A stretch of 64,000 nt of DNA, taken from the NCBI GenBank assembly GCA_035763085.1, contig DASUBV010000339.1, forward strand, positions 2,224-66,223, in the 5' to 3' direction. Below the pieces are notes generated by a model. That model saw nothing but the letters and a program-made list of their open reading frames with translations. It ran no database searches and was not told the origin of the DNA. This DNA comes from Streptosporangiaceae bacterium (lineage in GTDB: Bacteria; Actinomycetota; Actinomycetes; Streptosporangiales; Streptosporangiaceae). Shown piece after piece: positions 59,125 to 64,000 of the stretch (positions are counted from its first letter, which is position 1; the number at the start of each line of letters is the position of its first letter). The translations under genes were made by a program, and so were the position numbers.

Positions 59125-60249
59125 TTACCTTCTGGTCGCGCTGGGGGTAACGACGACCTCGACGCGCTGGAACTCCTTCAGGTCGGAGTATCCCGAGGTA
59201 GCCATGGTCCGGCGCAGCGCCCCCATCAGGTTCATCGACCCGTCCGGCACGGTGGAGGGGCCGTGCAGGATCTGGTCGATGGTGCCGATGGTGCCGACCT
59301 GGACCCGGGCGCCGCGCGGCAGGTCAGGGTGGTGCGCCTCGCTGCCCCAGTGATAGCCGCGGCCGGGTGCCTCGGCGGCCCGGGCGAACGGCGAGCCGAC
59401 CATGACCGCGTCGGCACCGAGGGCCAGCGCCTTGGCGATGTCACCGCTGCGGGTCATCCCGCCGTCGGCGAGGATGTGCACGTAGCGGCCGCCCGATTCG
59501 TCCAGGTATTCCCGGCGGGCCGCGGCCACGTCCGCGATCGCGGTCCCCATCGGCACCGCGACGCCCAGCACCGCGGCGGTGGTGTGCCCGGACCCGCCGC
59601 CGAAGCCGACCAGCACCCCGGCCGCGCCAGTGCGCATCAGGTGCAGCGCGGCGGTGTAGGTGGCGCAGCCGCCGACGATCACCGGCACGTCGAGCTCGTA
59701 GATGAACTGCTTGAGGTTCAGCGGCTCGGCCTGGCCGGACACGTGCTCGGCCGACACGGTGGTGCCGCGGATCACGAAGATGTCGGCGCCGGCGTCGATG
59801 ACAGCCTTGTAGAACCGGACGGTCCGCTGCGGCGACAGCCGGGCCGCGGTGGTCACCCCGGCCGCCGCGATCTCCTCGATCCGGCGGCCGATCAGGTCCT
59901 CCTTGATCGGCTCGGCGTACATCTCCTGCAGCCGCCGGGTGGCCGCCGCGTCGTCCAGCTCGGCTACCTCGGCCAGCAGCGGCTCGGGATCCTCATAGCG
60001 GGTCCACAGGCCCTCCAGGTCCAGCACGGCCAGGCCGCCGAGCCCGCCCACCTGCCTGGCGGTGGCCGGCGAGACCACGCTGTCCATGGGCGCCACCACC
60101 AGCGGCAGGTCGAACCGGTAGGCATCGATCTGCCAGGCGATGGACACCTCCTCGGGGTGCCGGGTCCGGCGGGAGGGCACGATGCCGATCTCGTCCAGGG
60201 CGTAGGCGCGGCGGCCGCTCTTGCCGCGGCCGATCTCCACCTGAGTCAC
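59125..60249 (-). CDS. guaB3: GuaB3-family IMP dehydrogenase-related protein
   Basis: VEIGRGKSGRRAYALDEIGIVPSRRTR N-terminus, no CBS pair, ADGGM..SGDIAKALA.GADAVMVG. Confidence 0.9.
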   Translation of the reverse strand: MTQVEIGRGKSGRRAYALDEIGIVPSRRTRHPEEVSIAWQIDAYRFDLPLVVAPMDSVVSPATARQVGGLGGLAVLDLEGLWTRYEDPEPLLAEVAELDDAAATRRLQEMYAEPIKEDLIGRRIEEIAAAGVTTAARLSPQRTVRFYKAVIDAGADIFVIRGTTVSAEHVSGQAEPLNLKQFIYELDVPVIVGGCATYTAALHLMRTGAAGVLVGFGGGSGHTTAAVLGVAVPMGTAIADVAAARREYLDESGGRYVHILADGGMTRSGDIAKALALGADAVMVGSPFARAAEAPGRGYHWGSEAHHPDLPRGARVQVGTIGTIDQILHGPSTVPDGSMNLMGALRRTMATSGYSDLKEFQRVEVVVTPSATRR

Positions 60250-60346
60250 GTCGCTTCGTCTCTCGTCACGTCCGGGCCGGGCGGCCCGGGCTGGATATCA
60301 GCCGGCCGGGGTGCCCGGCCGACTCGCGGTCGTCGCCGCGCCGGGC

Positions 60347-62868
<2,522 letters not shown>

Positions 62869-63169
62869 GGCTCCCCCTCCACCGGTGTGGCATCGCGCCT
62901 CGGTGCGTCCCCCGATGGCGTGATGCCCCGCCACGGGGGTCGGGGCAACATGAAAGAGGCAACAGAACGGTTACATTAATGGCTATCCCAGTGCCGGGCC
63001 GCCATTTAATTACAATGCGTAATCGCTTGATTACTCAGTGTATTTAAAGGGTGCCGGGAAATGATCTTAACGCCAGGAAATCAGGGCCTAGGGAACTTTC
63101 CCAGTGCGGCCGGACAAGGCCCGGATGTCCGGCGCGCCCCGCGCACCGGGGCAGGCGGAGCGGGCATGC

Positions 63170-63200
63170 GGAAGGCCCGGCGCGGCGCGCCGGGCCTTCC
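63170..63200 (-). terminator. Strong hairpin downstream of groEL
   Basis: GGAAGGCCCGGCGC-ggc-GCGCCGGGCCTTCC: perfect 14-bp stem, 18 nt after the groEL stop. No clear U-tract. Confidence 0.6.
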
Positions 63201-63217
63201 GTGGTACTGCCGTCAGG

Positions 63218-64000
63218 TCAGTGCGCGTGACCGTGACCGTGGCCGTTGGCCTCGGGGGCCTCGGGCTCCGGCTTCTCGGTCACCAGCACCTCGGTCGTGA
63301 GCAGCATGCCCGCGATGGAGGCGGCGTTCTGCACCGCCGACCGGGTCACCTTGACCGGGTCGATGACGCCCTGGGCCATGAGGTCGCCGAACTCACCGGT
63401 CGCGGCGTTGTAGCCGTGCCCGGCCGGCAGGTCGCCGATGGCCGCGACGATCACGCCGCCCTCGGCGCCCGCGTTCTCGGCGATCCACCGCGCAGGGGCG
63501 GACAGCGCGCCGCGCAGGACGCCCACGCCGGTCGCCTCGTCGCCGGTCATGCCCAGGTCACCGAGCCCTGCTGCGGCCTGCACCAGGGCGCTGCCGCCGC
63601 CGGGGATGATGCCCTCCTCGATCGCCGCGCGGGTGGCGGAGATCGCGTCCTCCAGGCGGTGCTTCTTCTCCTTCAGCTCCACCTCAGTGGCGGCGCCGGC
63701 GCGCAGCACGGCCACGCCGCCGGCCAGCTTGGCCACCCGCTCCTGCAGCTTCTCGCGGTCCCAGTCCGAGTCCGTGGCCTCGATCTCGGTCCGCAGCTGG
63801 CGGATCCGCTCGGCGATCTCGCCCTCGTCCCCGGCGCCGTCCACGATCGTCGTGGTGTCCTTGGTGACCACCACCCGGCGGGCCTGGCCGAGCACGTCGG
63901 TGCCGACCGAGTCCAGCTTGAGGCCGACCTCCTCGCTGATCACCTGGCCACCGGTCAGCACGGCCATGTCGGCCAGCATCGCCTTGCGGCGGTCACCGAA
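63218..64000 (-). CDS. groEL: Chaperonin GroEL (C-terminal ~260 aa; 5' end outside window), His-rich tail
   Basis: [58 protein letters not shown]. Ends in ...NGHGHGHAH. The frame stays open to base 64000. Confidence 0.95.
   Translation of the reverse strand, partial: FGDRRKAMLADMAVLTGGQVISEEVGLKLDSVGTDVLGQARRVVVTKDTTTIVDGAGDEGEIAERIRQLRTEIEATDSDWDREKLQERVAKLAGGVAVLRAGAATEVELKEKKHRLEDAISATRAAIEEGIIPGGGSALVQAAAGLGDLGMTGDEATGVGVLRGALSAPARWIAENAGAEGGVIVAAIGDLPAGHGYNAATGEFGDLMAQGVIDPVKVTRSAVQNAASIAGMLLTTEVLVTEKPEPEAPEANGHGHGHAH

Overview
Very G+C-rich, densely coding chromosomal segment of an actinobacterium (Actinomycetia-like; genus not determinable from the sequence). I support about 58 CDS, 2 internally deleted pseudogenes, several hairpin terminators, candidate operators and three small repeat families. 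I saw no rRNA, tRNA, CRISPR array, transposase, integrase or phage gene. Most of the window is conserved core. From memory, it is syntenic in blocks with M. tuberculosis fadE25-purE-purK / birA-accD5-accE5-accA3, glpD2-lpdA-amiA1, dacB1/trpS and guaB3-guaB2-sigD-groEL1. Gene content in order: a partial MFS transporter; class I and class II fumarases; a Ser/Thr kinase; two paralogous secreted muralytic genes (one coupled to an NlpC/P60 peptidase) with long leaders; a rhomboid protease. About 10-23 kb looks accessory and decaying. It holds a DUF574 methyltransferase, an idnD remnant plus an idnO-like SDR, an alpha/beta hydrolase with an altered nucleophile elbow, a deleted secreted hydrolase, an ECF sigma coupled to an SRPBCC protein, a PadR-HAAS-ABC module, a TetR/SDR pair, VapBC, and an ArsR-DUF5937/Eis-like GNAT pair. 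Next come fadE, purEK, a two-component system and a leucine-catabolism-like set. A biotin-enzyme neighbourhood follows (birA, pccB, accE, accA), interleaved with two paralogous GT-C-like membrane proteins, a NYN protein and PepE. The rest is lpdA, soxR, a GCS2 ligase overlapping an M20 amidohydrolase, a B12-domain-less mutase subunit, dacB, trpS, glpD, guaB3, guaB, an ECF sigma and a partial groEL. No single clear-cut novel system stands out. The best candidates are the duplicated GT-C-like proteins bracketing pccB, the NYN-accE translational coupling, the sigma-SRPBCC pair, the structured leaders of the muralytic genes, and the odd repeat-rich gap where an anti-sigma gene would be expected. 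All start codons are my best guesses. Many long ORFs in the supplied track are GC-driven shadow ORFs and were discarded.
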